This document shows, piece after piece, positions 26,672-36,403 of a DNA stretch of 64,000 bases (position 1 is its first letter; each line of letters starts with the position of its first letter). Origin of the DNA: Candidatus Rokuibacteriota bacterium (lineage in GTDB: Bacteria; Methylomirabilota; Methylomirabilia; Rokubacteriales; CSP1-6); contig JAHFDK010000013.1 in assembly GCA_023249095.1 (NCBI GenBank), positions 28 to 64,027 on the forward strand, in the 5' to 3' direction. Below the pieces are notes generated by a model, which was given only the letters and a program-made list of their open reading frames with translations, ran no database searches and was not told the DNA's origin. The translations under genes and the position numbers were made by a program.

Positions 26672-27940
26672 TCAAACCAGCCGCAACAGGAGGTGGACCG
26701 CGTAGAGCAACCCGCCCGCCAGTCCGCCGACGACCGTGCCGTTGACGCGAATGTACTGGAGGTCGTCGCCGGCGTGGTCCTCGATGAGTCGCACCGCGCC
26801 TTCGGGGCCGAGGGCGCGCACGCCGTTCTCGATGAACTCGGCGAGCCGCTGGTGGTGGCGCTCGACCGCCTCGATCGCGCGCGCTTTCACCCATTGGTCG
26901 AGCTGTTGGCGGAGGTCCTCGTCGTCGGCCAGCGCCCGGCGGGCGCGCTCGAGCCGCTCCACGATCCAGACGCGGACCTCGGAGCGCGGCCGGTCGAGGT
27001 CGGCGAGCAGCGTCCGGTGCAGCGCCGCCGCCGCGTCCTCGAGGACGCGCGTCGCGACGGGTGTCGCCAGCAGGTCGCGCTTCGCCGCCTCGACGCGCGC
27101 CGCCAGACGCGCGTCCGCGCGCAAGCGTGCGGGAAGGTCGCCGACCGCCTCGGCGAGTCGCTGGCGCAGCGGATGGTCTGGATCCTGGACGACCTGGCGG
27201 AGTCCCGTCTGGATCGCCGCGAGGACGCGGTCGCGATCGATCAACCCGAGCAGGCTTGCCACGCCGAGCCAGAAGCGCGGAGACGTGCCCATCCGCTCTC
27301 GATAGCGCGCGAGGAGATCGCTCACCAGCTCGCCGACCGTCGACCGGAACGCGGGCCGGTCGAGCGCCTCCGCGACTGCGCCGGCCAGCGCCGTCACGCC
27401 CCGCTGGTCCCACCCGTGGCGGCGTGCCAACTCGAGCGCCGCGGCGAGCGCCGGGGCCAGCGGCCGGTCGAGGAGGAGATCGCGCAGACGCGTGACCAGG
27501 TCGCCCGCCGCCTTTGGCGACAGCTCGGCCGCGAGCCAGCGGGCCAGCTCGCGCGTGGCCGTGTCGAGGTCGCGCGTGGTGAGTCGCTCGACGGCCCGGG
27601 CGATCATGGACGCGACGTCCACACGAGCGACTTCCTGCGCGACGTACTCCTTCGTGAGCACGCGGCTTCCGACCATCGTGCCGACGCGCGCCGCCATCAG
27701 CTCCCAGTTGGCCGGGATGAGCGCGGTGTGCGGGATCGGTAGGCCGAGCGGCCGCCGGAAAATCGCCGTGACCGCGAACCAGTCGGCGAGCCCGCCGACG
27801 ATGCCCGCCTCGGCGATCGCCAGGATCCAGCCGCCCCACCACGTCCCGCGGATGGGAAAGACCGCCACTGCCAGAGCGGCGGCGGCCAGCAGCACGCCGA
27901 GCGCGAGTCGGCGCTGACGCCGGGGCGCGCATCCGGTCAC
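26672..27940 (-). CDS. DUF445-family membrane protein
   Basis: 'GGLADWFAVTAIFRRPLGLPIPHTALIP' and the C-terminal 'DLQYIRVNGTVVGGLAGGLLY' are DUF445 (YjiN-like) signatures. The GTG start at 27940 overlaps the upstream stop (GTGA). The 823-aa track ORF is over-extended. Confidence 0.75.
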   Translation of the reverse strand: MTGCAPRRQRRLALGVLLAAAALAVAVFPIRGTWWGGWILAIAEAGIVGGLADWFAVTAIFRRPLGLPIPHTALIPANWELMAARVGTMVGSRVLTKEYVAQEVARVDVASMIARAVERLTTRDLDTATRELARWLAAELSPKAAGDLVTRLRDLLLDRPLAPALAAALELARRHGWDQRGVTALAGAVAEALDRPAFRSTVGELVSDLLARYRERMGTSPRFWLGVASLLGLIDRDRVLAAIQTGLRQVVQDPDHPLRQRLAEAVGDLPARLRADARLAARVEAAKRDLLATPVATRVLEDAAAALHRTLLADLDRPRSEVRVWIVERLERARRALADDEDLRQQLDQWVKARAIEAVERHHQRLAEFIENGVRALGPEGAVRLIEDHAGDDLQYIRVNGTVVGGLAGGLLYAVHLLLRLV

Positions 27941-29667
27941 GGCACGTACTGGCTGCCCGGGCGCCGGCGTCGCGACGGAAGAAGAATCCGGTGCTGCTTG
28001 ACGTCCCAGACGCCGCGCGGCGAGAGCCGCACGGCCGGGAGAAAGTCCGCCGCAAGAAAGAACAGCGTGTAGAGCGGCTCGTGGTGTGGGTAGCCGCGCT
28101 CGACGAGGTGCCGGCGCAACTCGTCTTCCTGCCCGGCTGCCTCGTCGACCGTGTTGCGCGTCATGATGCCCCCGAGCGGCAGCGGCAGCTCGTAGGCGAT
28201 TCGGTCGCCGTCGACGAGGACGATCCCTCCGTGAAGGTCGAGGAGCCGGTTGACGGCCCGCGCCATCGCCTCCGGCCGGCGACCGAGTGCCAGGATGTTG
28301 AAGTCGGTGCTGGTCGTGGTCGCGAAGCCGTCGAGCCGCTCGGCGAAGCCCGCGACGACCCCCGGCGCGACCCAGCGTCCTGCGCGATCCAGGAGGGCCG
28401 CGTGGAGATCGCCCGGCTCCATCGGTCGCTCCTCCAGTCGGCTGATCACCGCGCTGACCAGCTTGATGACCGGGTAGCGCTCGCGGGCGGGCAGCTCGAA
28501 GTCTCCGGGGCCCGCCCGCCACCGCACCGCGAGCCGCGCCTCGGCGGACGTGAATACTCGCCGCCACGGAGGCTCCGGCACGCGCGCGAGCAGCCGGCCA
28601 CCGGCGGCGACCACCTTGCCGCGCGCGATCACCGTTGCTGGCCGCGGCGCGGAGAGATCCTCGAGCAGGCAGATGTCGGCGTAGCGACCGGGCGCCACGC
28701 CCCCGACGTCGGCGTCGAGCCCGTAGTAGGTCGCCGGGTTCAGGGTTGCCATGCGATACGCGTCGACGGGCGCCACGCCCCGCTCGAGCGCCACGCGGAT
28801 CAGATGGTCGACGAACCCGTGAGTCCGGATGAACGCGGGCATCGAGCCGTCGCTCGTGAGCATCAGCCGCGACGCGAGCGCCGGCGCCGTCTTCAAGGCG
28901 TCGAGCAGTCCGACGAGATCGGGGCGGAGGGACGACTCGCGCAGCATCACCGCGATGCCCTGACGCGCGCGGTCGAGCACCTCCTGGGCGGTGATCGGCT
29001 CGTGGTCCGAGGTAAAGCCGGCTGCGGCGATCGCGGCGATCTTCTCCGCCGACGCGCCAGCCGTGTGGCCCTCGACCCGTCTGCCGCGCGCGAGGGCGAG
29101 CCGTCGGAGCAGCTCGGGGTCGCCGCGCCAGGCGTCCGGCCATCGCGTCACCTCACCGATCGCGATCGCGCTCGGATGCGCCATCGCCCGCGCGAGCGCC
29201 GTGAGGTCGAACCGCCGCCATTCGCCCGGCGCGCGGCTCTGGGCGTGCGGACGGATCATCCAGTAGAACCGGAGGGGCGATGCGCGCAGCGCGTCGGCCA
29301 CCCGCCGGAACGCGGCCAGGCCGCCCAGCTCCCAGAACTGGAGCGTGTCCGCGACGACCGCCGTCGTGCCGAGCGGTAGGACGAAGCGCGCGAGCGCGGC
29401 CGGCGTGGTCAGGGTCGCCGGGTGCACGTGCGGATCGATGTAACCGGGCACCAGGACCTGCCCCCGCGCGTCCACCACGCGCGTGCGCGGGCCGACCATG
29501 TCGTCGCGGGCGCCGACGTACGCGATCCGCTCGCCTTTGGCGGCGATGCCGGCCGGATAGATCTCGCCGGTGTAGACGTTGAGCAACGATCCGCCGCGCA
29601 CGTAGAGGTCGGCGTGGGCGGCGCCGCGAGCGACGTCGGTGAGGCGCCGGCGCTCAGCGATGGTCAC
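27937..29667 (-). CDS. Amidohydrolase, adenine-deaminase-like
   Basis: 'DLYVRGGSLLNVYTGEIY', 'VDARGQVLVPGYIDPHVHP' (metal-binding HxH), and a length and C-terminal domain typical of Ade-family proteins. The exact substrate is not inferable. Confidence 0.65.
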   Translation of the reverse strand: MTIAERRRLTDVARGAAHADLYVRGGSLLNVYTGEIYPAGIAAKGERIAYVGARDDMVGPRTRVVDARGQVLVPGYIDPHVHPATLTTPAALARFVLPLGTTAVVADTLQFWELGGLAAFRRVADALRASPLRFYWMIRPHAQSRAPGEWRRFDLTALARAMAHPSAIAIGEVTRWPDAWRGDPELLRRLALARGRRVEGHTAGASAEKIAAIAAAGFTSDHEPITAQEVLDRARQGIAVMLRESSLRPDLVGLLDALKTAPALASRLMLTSDGSMPAFIRTHGFVDHLIRVALERGVAPVDAYRMATLNPATYYGLDADVGGVAPGRYADICLLEDLSAPRPATVIARGKVVAAGGRLLARVPEPPWRRVFTSAEARLAVRWRAGPGDFELPARERYPVIKLVSAVISRLEERPMEPGDLHAALLDRAGRWVAPGVVAGFAERLDGFATTTSTDFNILALGRRPEAMARAVNRLLDLHGGIVLVDGDRIAYELPLPLGGIMTRNTVDEAAGQEDELRRHLVERGYPHHEPLYTLFFLAADFLPAVRLSPRGVWDVKQHRILLPSRRRRPGSQYVP

Positions 29668-29703
29668 GACTGAAGATTATAGACGGTCGCGTACAATCGA
29701 CGT

Positions 29704-30132
29704 GTGAGCCGTGCGATCGTCGTCAACAGCGCCGTGCGCGTGCCCGAGGGGGCACTCCACGTCCGCGCTGTGCGCGCCTCGGGCCCCGGCGGTCAGAACG
29801 TCAACAAGGTCGCGACCAAGGTGGACCTGCGCGTCGACCTTGATGCCGTCGAAGGCCTCTCGGAGGCCGCGCGCTCGCGTCTGACGACGCTCTGTCGTCA
29901 TCGGCTCGACGCCGGCGGTCGACTGATGGTCTCGAGCCAGGCCACGCGCAATCAGGCGCGGAATCTCGAGGACGCTCGCGACCGGGTGCGCGCCCTGGTC
30001 GCCGCCGCCCTGCGCGAGCCCCGGCCGCGCCGAGCGTCCGCGCCTTCCGCCGGCGCGCGCCAGCGGCGGCTCGACGCGAAGAAACGGCGGGGCGCGCTCA
30101 AGCGCGAGCGCACCCGACGCGGGGGATGGTAG
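29704..30132 (+). CDS. arfB: Alternative ribosome-rescue factor ArfB (peptidyl-tRNA hydrolase, GGQ)
   Basis: 'RASGPGGQNVNKVATKVDLR' and the basic C-terminal tail 'RRLDAKKRRGALKRER'. GTG start. Confidence 0.85.
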   Translation: MSRAIVVNSAVRVPEGALHVRAVRASGPGGQNVNKVATKVDLRVDLDAVEGLSEAARSRLTTLCRHRLDAGGRLMVSSQATRNQARNLEDARDRVRALVAAALREPRPRRASAPSAGARQRRLDAKKRRGALKRERTRRGGW

Positions 30133-30199
30133 CGCGAGCCGCAGGACGTCGGGGGACTGGGGCCCCACCGTCCGAGGCGAGCCTATGGACTGACGAGGC

Positions 30200-30466
30200 T
30201 CAGCGCCTGGGGGCGCGGCCGGCGCGATAGGATGCGGCGCCGGCGCGGACGCCGACCTTCACACTGCGGCTCAGCAGCGCCGCCTGGGCCACCGCCTGGC
30301 GCACCTGGGGCTCAGCGCGGCGCATCGCGCGCTCGACCTCGACGCGCGTCCGCCGCTCGATCCGTTTCATGCGCCGGCGCGCCTCGCCCCGCGCCCGGTT
30401 GGCCTGGGTCTTCAGGGTCTTGAGGTGCTTCTGAAGCGCCTTCATCTGCCGCTCGAGATTCGTCAT
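30200..30466 (-). CDS. Small basic coiled-coil hypothetical protein
   Basis: The 88-aa sequence 'MTNLERQMKALQKHLKTLKTQANRARGEARRRMKRIERR...' lies 31 nt downstream of the oxidoreductase gene on the same strand. I recognise no family. Confidence 0.45.
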   Translation of the reverse strand: MTNLERQMKALQKHLKTLKTQANRARGEARRRMKRIERRTRVEVERAMRRAEPQVRQAVAQAALLSRSVKVGVRAGAASYRAGRAPRR

Positions 30467-30497
30467 CGCGTCCCCTTCCCGTCACGCAATCGCGCCC

Positions 30498-33400
30498 TCA
30501 GAATCCGAGCGCGCGGACCTCGTCTCGGAAGCGCTGGACGTTGCGGAGCTTGATCTCCTCGTAGCCGCGGATCAGGTCGGGCAGGCTCGCGAGCTTGACG
30601 GCGCGTTCGTAGCGCTCCGGCGAGAGGCCGACGAGCGCTTTCTCGACGAGCGCGCGATACTCCCCGGGGAGCTGGCGCTCCACACGCCGCATCGCCGCGA
30701 AACCGAACGGGTCGAGCCAGGTGCCGCGCAGCGCTTTCATCCCGGCAAGCACGCCGAAGATCGGATCGAACCACGTGCCGAGCCGAATCTTCCGTGTGAC
30801 GCCAAGGGCGCGGAGGAAGGGCGGGTGCAGGTTATAGTGGAGGGTGACGCCGCCGGGGAACTCGGTGGCCAGCGCGCGCGCGATGTCCGTCTTGCGATGT
30901 AGACGCGCCACCTCGTATTCGTCCTTGTACGCCATCAGCTTGAACAGATGGCGGGCGACCGCCTCGGAGAAACGCGACTCCTCGGGCATGGCGGCGGCTT
31001 CCGACTCGCGTACGCGCTGCACGAAGTGGAGATACTGCCGCGCGTACGCCGCATTCTGGTAGGCGAGCAGCTCGGGCACGCGCACCTCCAGGAGGCGCCG
31101 GAGCTCGCCGGTGGCCCCGACTGCTTCCACGAGCTGCCGCGCCTCCGCGGAGAGCTCCGGCGCCGCGTCGACGGCGCCCAGGCGGTGCCGCGTGACCGTG
31201 CGCACCCAGGCGGGGTCGACGACGAGCAACCGGCCCGCGCGGAACGCGTGGCTGTTCATCGGCACGGAGACGCCGTTCAGAACGATCGCTTCCTCGATCG
31301 CCTCCGCGCTCACGGGGAGGGCGCCGGCCTGCCAGGCGGCGCCCAGCACGATCATGTTGGCGGCCATGTGGTCGTCGAAGAGCGTCTCGGCCAGCCCGAG
31401 CGCGTCGAGGTAGAGGTTTTCGTCCTTGCGTGTGACCCGGTTGATCGACGTGATGAGTCCGTTCGTCTCGGGGAACTCGACCGTCGTCGACGTGACCATC
31501 GCGCCGGTCGGCACCTGGCTGGTCGAGACGATCGCGATCGTCCGCTCGGGGCGAGCGTGATCGAGGTTCTGCGGTGAGGTCGCGACGAGGATGTCGAATC
31601 CGAGATAGCAGTCCGCGGACCCGGCGGCGATCTTGTTCGAGACGTCGGAGCTGCGGTCGAAGATCTTGAGGTGCGAGACGACCGGCCCGCCCTTCTGGCT
31701 GAGACCGGTCTGGTCGAGGCCGCGGACGTGCTTGCCGTCGAGGAGCGCGGCGGTGCCCAGGATCTGGTTCACGGTCACCACGCCGGTGCCGCCGATGCCC
31801 ATCATGAAGATATTGGCGTCGCCCGGTACCTTGAGCTCGGGCTCGGGCAGCGCCCGCTCGACCTTGAAGACGCGGCGCTCCTTCTTCCCGGGGTCGACGA
31901 GCGGCACCACGGTCAGGAACGAGGGACAGTCCCCCTTCAGACACGAGTAGTCCTTGTTGCACGACGATTGGTGAATCTGCGTCTTCCGTCCGAATTCGGT
32001 CTCGACGGGATGCACCGAGAGGCAGTTGCTCTTCACGCCGCAGTCACCGCAACCCTCGCAGACCGCCTCGTTGATGACGACGCGCATTGCCGGGTCGGGG
32101 AGCCGGCCGCGCTTGCGCAGCCTGCGCTTCTCCGCGGCGCACCGCTGGTCGTAGACGAGCACCGTGACGCCCGGAATATCGCGGAGCAGCCGCTGCGCCT
32201 CGTCGAGCCGGTCACGGTGCCAGACCTCAACGCCGGGCGGCCATACCGTGCCCTTCGGATACTTGTCCGGCTCGTCGGTCATCACGATGATGCGCTTGAC
32301 GCCCTCGGCGGCGAGCGAGCGCGTCAGCTCGGGCACCGGCATCGCGCCGGCGGCGTCCTGGCCGCCCGTCATCGCCACCGCCGAGTTGTAGAGGATCTTG
32401 TAGGTGATGTTGGCGCTCGACGCGACCGCCTGGCGGATCGCCAGCGAGCCGGAATGGAACAAGGTGCCGTCGCCGAGATTCTGGAAGAGGTGCTTCGTCT
32501 CGGTGAATGGCGCGATGCCCACCCACTGAACGCCCTCGCCGCCCATGTGGGTGAGCCCCATCGTCTTGCGGTCCATCAAGAGCGCCATCCCGTGGCAGCC
32601 GATGCCGGCGCTGGCGATCGAGCCCTCCGGGAGCACGGTCGAACGGTTATGCGGGCAGCCCGAGCAGAAGTAGGGCTGACGCACCAGCGTGAGCGGCGCG
32701 GGCCGCTGGCGCAGCGCCTCGAGGAGCGCCACGCGCGCCGTGATCGACTCGAGGTGGATGCGTCGCTCGAGGCGCGAGGCCACGATCTCGGCGATCCGGT
32801 CGGCGTCGAGCTCGCCGTCGGCGGGCACGAGCGGCCGGTCGTGCTCGTCGGACTTGCCGATTACCAACGGGCGCTCGGCCTGGTTGTAGAGGATGTCGCG
32901 GATGAAGAGCTCGCAGAACGCCCGTTTTTCCTCGACGACCAGCAGTTCCTCGAGACCGCGGGCAAACTCGCGGACCGTGCCCGGCTCCATCGGGAACAGC
33001 ATCTCGATCTTCAAGAGCCGGATGCCGTACTGTCGGAGCGCCGCGTTGTCGAGCCCAAGCTCGGCGAGCGCCTCGCAGAGGTCGTGGTAGGTCTTGCCGG
33101 GCGCGGCGATGCCGAGCCAGGCATTCGGCGTGGGGAGCGTGACGCGATTGAAGCGGTTCGCCGCCGCAAATGCCTTGGCGGCCTCGAGCCGCCCGTAGTG
33201 GATCTCGCGCTCGGTCTCGAGCCCCCACGGCGGCATCAGCAGCGGATTCTGTCGCGCCTGCCAGGGCCGCCCCTCGTAGACGAACCCAGGGTCGGCGACG
33301 GCGATCCGGTCCGGCGCCACCTCGGCGGTGGCGATTTCATCGGCGACGTTGGTCACGATCTTGACGCCCACCCAGAGCCCGGAATAGCGAGAGAGCTCGA

Positions 33401-33962
33401 AGCCGAGCCGGCCGAGGTCGAGGATTTCTTGCGCCGAGCCGGGAAAGAGCACCGGGAAGAGCGCGTCGTAGAAGGCGACCTCCGAGTGCGACGGAATCGT
33501 GGACGACTTGGAGAGCGGGTCGTCCCCGCCCAGCGCGAGCACGCCGCCATGACGCGCGACGCCCGCGAAGTTCGCGTGCTTGAAAATGTCACCGGTGCGG
33601 TCGACGCCGGGCCCCTTGCCGTACCACATGCCGAGAACGCCGTCGTACTTCGGCTGCGGGAACAGGTTGGCGAGCTGGCTGCCGTAGACCGCCGTCGCCC
33701 CGAGATCCTCGTTCACACCCGAGAGGAAGACGACGTTGTGCTCGCGGAGCAGGGCGGGGTTGCGCTCGAGCGTGAGGTCGAGACCACCGAGCGGGGAGCC
33801 CCGATAACCGGAGATGAGCGTGGCGGTATTGAGCCCACGGCGTTTATCGGCTCGGTGCTGATCGAGCGGCAAGCGCACCAGCGCCTGGATGCCAGAGAGA
33901 AGGATGAGCCCTTCTTCCTGACGGTACTTGGCGTCCAGGGTGAAATCACGCTTGATCGCCAT
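30498..33962 (-). CDS. Indolepyruvate:ferredoxin oxidoreductase family protein (fused alpha/beta)
   Basis: 'YRQEEGLILLSGIQALVRLPL', 'ISGYRGSPLGG', the TPP motif 'GIGCHGMA' and the ferredoxin-type motif 'CEGCGDCGVKSNC'. ATG 33962 is preceded by 'gagaggaga'. The 1251-aa track ORF is over-extended. Confidence 0.9.
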   Translation of the reverse strand: MAIKRDFTLDAKYRQEEGLILLSGIQALVRLPLDQHRADKRRGLNTATLISGYRGSPLGGLDLTLERNPALLREHNVVFLSGVNEDLGATAVYGSQLANLFPQPKYDGVLGMWYGKGPGVDRTGDIFKHANFAGVARHGGVLALGGDDPLSKSSTIPSHSEVAFYDALFPVLFPGSAQEILDLGRLGFELSRYSGLWVGVKIVTNVADEIATAEVAPDRIAVADPGFVYEGRPWQARQNPLLMPPWGLETEREIHYGRLEAAKAFAAANRFNRVTLPTPNAWLGIAAPGKTYHDLCEALAELGLDNAALRQYGIRLLKIEMLFPMEPGTVREFARGLEELLVVEEKRAFCELFIRDILYNQAERPLVIGKSDEHDRPLVPADGELDADRIAEIVASRLERRIHLESITARVALLEALRQRPAPLTLVRQPYFCSGCPHNRSTVLPEGSIASAGIGCHGMALLMDRKTMGLTHMGGEGVQWVGIAPFTETKHLFQNLGDGTLFHSGSLAIRQAVASSANITYKILYNSAVAMTGGQDAAGAMPVPELTRSLAAEGVKRIIVMTDEPDKYPKGTVWPPGVEVWHRDRLDEAQRLLRDIPGVTVLVYDQRCAAEKRRLRKRGRLPDPAMRVVINEAVCEGCGDCGVKSNCLSVHPVETEFGRKTQIHQSSCNKDYSCLKGDCPSFLTVVPLVDPGKKERRVFKVERALPEPELKVPGDANIFMMGIGGTGVVTVNQILGTAALLDGKHVRGLDQTGLSQKGGPVVSHLKIFDRSSDVSNKIAAGSADCYLGFDILVATSPQNLDHARPERTIAIVSTSQVPTGAMVTSTTVEFPETNGLITSINRVTRKDENLYLDALGLAETLFDDHMAANMIVLGAAWQAGALPVSAEAIEEAIVLNGVSVPMNSHAFRAGRLLVVDPAWVRTVTRHRLGAVDAAPELSAEARQLVEAVGATGELRRLLEVRVPELLAYQNAAYARQYLHFVQRVRESEAAAMPEESRFSEAVARHLFKLMAYKDEYEVARLHRKTDIARALATEFPGGVTLHYNLHPPFLRALGVTRKIRLGTWFDPIFGVLAGMKALRGTWLDPFGFAAMRRVERQLPGEYRALVEKALVGLSPERYERAVKLASLPDLIRGYEEIKLRNVQRFRDEVRALGF

Positions 33963-34044
33963 GGAGTCTCCTCTCGAGGTGCTGACCGTATGATACGAGC
34001 GGCCCTGATGAGGCGCAAATCTGATTGGGCCAGGAGTCATCTCG

Positions 34045-34479
34045 ATGATCGTGATCAGGCCCTGCCGTGTCGAGGAGTGTCCGGCGGTGTTGGCCCTCTG
34101 GGAGCGCGCCGGCGCCATTCCGAGCCCGACCGATACGCTCGAGGAGCTCCGGCGGCTGGTCCGGGCGCATGGCGACGGTTTCCTCGTCGCGATCCAGCAG
34201 GGCGCCATCGTCGGGAGTGTGATCGGGGGATGGGACGGCTGGCGCGGCAACATTTATCGCCTGGCGGTCGCACCGGAGGCGAGGCGCGTCGGCCTGGCGC
34301 GAAGGCTCGTCCACGAGGCCGAGCTCGTCTTGACGATGAAGGGCGCACGCCGGATGTCGGCGCTCGTCGAGCGCCACGAAGCCCATGCGGTCGGCTTCTG
34401 GGACGCGCTCGCGGAACGCGGCTGGCAGCGAGACGAGCGGATGACGCGCTACATCAAGCCGGCGCAATCCGATTCGTAG
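34045..34479 (+). CDS. GNAT-family N-acetyltransferase
   Basis: 'IYRLAVAPEARRVGLARRLVHEAELVL' is the acetyl-CoA-binding motif A (Q/RxxGxG/A type) in a protein of about 144 aa. Confidence 0.8.
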   Translation: MIVIRPCRVEECPAVLALWERAGAIPSPTDTLEELRRLVRAHGDGFLVAIQQGAIVGSVIGGWDGWRGNIYRLAVAPEARRVGLARRLVHEAELVLTMKGARRMSALVERHEAHAVGFWDALAERGWQRDERMTRYIKPAQSDS

Positions 34480-34518
34480 TTCCTTGACACCACTCTGGGC
34501 ATCGACTGAGATGGACCG

Positions 34519-35004
34519 GTGGACCGCGATGCCCTGAAGCGCCTCCTCAGCGAGGCGCGCCGCGCAACGCACGCGGAGGCTGGCACGGTGTATCTCCGCG
34601 AGGGCGACCAGCTACACTTCGCGGCCGTGCAGAACGACGTCCTGGCGCAGCGGGTTGGCGCGGCCGAGGCCGAGGGTCGCCTCACGGCGGGCCCGCTGGA
34701 TCTCAACACGCCGAGCCTGGCGAGCTACGTGATGCTCACGCGGGCCGTCGTCAACATCCCCGACGTCTACGAGATCCGCCCGGAGCGGCCCTATGAGTTC
34801 GACCGGCGGATGGACGCGACGCACGGCTACCGGACGCGGTCGATGCTCGTGATGCCACTCCGCGACGGCCGGGGCACGATAGTCGGCGTGGTCCAGCTTA
34901 TCAACGCTCGAAACGAGGCTGGCGAGATCGTCGCGTTCGACGCGGGCTGCGAGGACCGACTGGCGGCATTATTGACCGGCTTCGCCAAGGCGGGTGGATC
35001 GTAA
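34519..35004 (+). CDS. Stand-alone GAF-domain protein
   Basis: 'GTVYLREGDQLHFAAVQND', 'SMLVMPLRDGRGTIVGVVQLINARNE' and 'FD' are typical of the GAF fold. No output domain is present. Confidence 0.7.
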   Translation: MDRDALKRLLSEARRATHAEAGTVYLREGDQLHFAAVQNDVLAQRVGAAEAEGRLTAGPLDLNTPSLASYVMLTRAVVNIPDVYEIRPERPYEFDRRMDATHGYRTRSMLVMPLRDGRGTIVGVVQLINARNEAGEIVAFDAGCEDRLAALLTGFAKAGGS

Positions 35005-35007
35005 GGC

Positions 35008-35478
35008 TTAGACGCCGCGCCAGAGGCCGCGGCCGGCGTCGCGGGCCTCGCGCTGTAGCTTCACGAAGAGCTCCTGGTGCCTGACGTTCGGGGGGACGGT
35101 CATCACCTGGGCGTAGCCCAGGCGCAGCAACTCGGCGTTCACCATCACGTCGTCGACCCAGACGTAGGCCAGGAGCCGCCCGTACTGGTCCCGCGTCCGG
35201 ACGTCCAGCTCGAGCCGCACGCGCCTGCCCCCCACCAGGCGCCTGTTCGTCTCGGCCGCCTCGCGACCTCCGGGTTCCTCACCTTTGGTCGGGTGGTGTA
35301 TCTCCGGCGTGTTCATGCCGATGTAGCGGATCTTCTCCACGCGGTCGCCGAGCTTCACGTAGATCGTGTCGCCGTCCACGACGCGGATCACAGTGCCTTC
35401 GACCGGCTGGCCCTGGGCGGCCGGAGCCAGGACGAGGAGCGGCAGAAGCATGAGGGGAAGGTGCCGCCGGAGCGCCAC
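35008..35478 (-). CDS. Secreted thermonuclease (staphylococcal-nuclease fold)
   Basis: Signal peptide 'LPLMLLPLLVLAPAAQG'. Also 'VIRVVDGDTIYVKLGDRVEKIRYIGMNTPE', 'GREAAETNRRLV' and 'DQYGRLLAYVWVDDVMVNAELLRLGYA'. Confidence 0.85.
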   Translation of the reverse strand: MALRRHLPLMLLPLLVLAPAAQGQPVEGTVIRVVDGDTIYVKLGDRVEKIRYIGMNTPEIHHPTKGEEPGGREAAETNRRLVGGRRVRLELDVRTRDQYGRLLAYVWVDDVMVNAELLRLGYAQVMTVPPNVRHQELFVKLQREARDAGRGLWRGV

Positions 35479-35573
35479 GCCGCCACGGTGTCACCCCGAG
35501 TCGGCGGGTGTCAAACTTTAGATACGCTAGGACCCGGCGCGAGCGGGCCTCGACGACCTCCGCTACAACAATC

Positions 35574-35837
35574 CTACTCGACGCGAAACATGGCGTAGCC
35601 GAGTGACCTGAGCTGAGTGTCGACGAACGGCTGATGGCGCCGCGCGGTGCCTCTGCGCTCGACGGTGTCCCGGTCGCCATTTACGACCCGGCGGTCGCGA
35701 CCGGATCGGCGGTCCAGGAAGACCTCGACGTTTTCCTCGGACGCGAACTGTCTTGCGAGGTATTCGCACAGGCTGGTCTGGTCGCGCGCCACGATGAAGT
35801 AGTGTCGGGTCATAACGGCCATAGGAGTATCTTCCAC
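35574..35837 (-). CDS. Small Arg-rich hypothetical protein (paralog of 21186-21422)
   Basis: 'MTRHYFIVARDQTSLCEYLARQFASEENVEVFLDRRSGRDRRVVNGDRDTVERRGTARRHQPFVDTQLRSLGYAMFRVE'. The start may be an internal Met (MAV.. or MTR..). It lies 16 nt downstream of the NYN gene. Confidence 0.6.
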   Translation of the reverse strand: MEDTPMAVMTRHYFIVARDQTSLCEYLARQFASEENVEVFLDRRSGRDRRVVNGDRDTVERRGTARRHQPFVDTQLRSLGYAMFRVE

Positions 35838-35853
35838 GAAACAGTCTTGAGGG

Positions 35854-36393
35854 TCAAGGTCGGCGGAGCCGTCCGAGGGCGCGCCGGGCTCTCCGGGCCT
35901 TTTTGGAAAGACGACGGGGGTTGCCGCGCTTGTCCAGTACGGGCTCGGCGTCTGAGTCGGCGTCTTTTGCCGCGGGGTTGGCTGCAGCGGGGTCTTCCGT
36001 TGGCGCGGACGGGCTGCCGTGGAGTGGCAGCGCTTCCAGAAATTGGTCGGCCGTCAGGGCGGCGCAGCCGGCCCGGCGGGCCGCGTCCTGGATCTTCCGG
36101 TCGGAGCTGACGACGACCGCGCCGCTCTTCCACTGGCGCGCGAGTCGCATGAGCTCGTCGTCGGCCGTCAGCGGCGGCCGCGAGAAGATCACACGGATCC
36201 GGCCCGCTGACGGGGCGCCGCCGGAGACTCGCGCGCCGTCGAACACGACCGTGAACTCGTCGCGTGGCCCCCGGCGAGCCCGCGCCAGCAGGTGCAGGAG
36301 CGCCCGGCGTCCCGCCTCGAGGCTCTCGGCCTCGCGAGCCCGGAGCTCCGGGCTCCGGCGGATGACGTTATAGCCATCGATGAGCCAGCGCAT
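35854..36393 (-). CDS. YacP-like NYN-domain protein (predicted RNase)
   Basis: 'MRWLIDGYNVIRRSPEL', 'FTVVFDG' and 'VVVSSDRKIQDAARRAGCAALTADQF' match the YacP/Rae1-type NYN pattern. The basic C-terminal tail is Arg/Lys-rich. Alternative GTG start at 36414. Confidence 0.7.
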   Translation of the reverse strand: MRWLIDGYNVIRRSPELRAREAESLEAGRRALLHLLARARRGPRDEFTVVFDGARVSGGAPSAGRIRVIFSRPPLTADDELMRLARQWKSGAVVVSSDRKIQDAARRAGCAALTADQFLEALPLHGSPSAPTEDPAAANPAAKDADSDAEPVLDKRGNPRRLSKKARRARRALGRLRRP

Positions 36394-36403
36394 CGGAGCC
36401 GGA

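Noticed and set aside
35479-35573. A TTGACA hexamer (35514-35509, minus strand) as the promoter of the thermonuclease gene
   Set aside because: No acceptable -10 element lies at 16-19 nt, so a hexamer match alone is not evidence.
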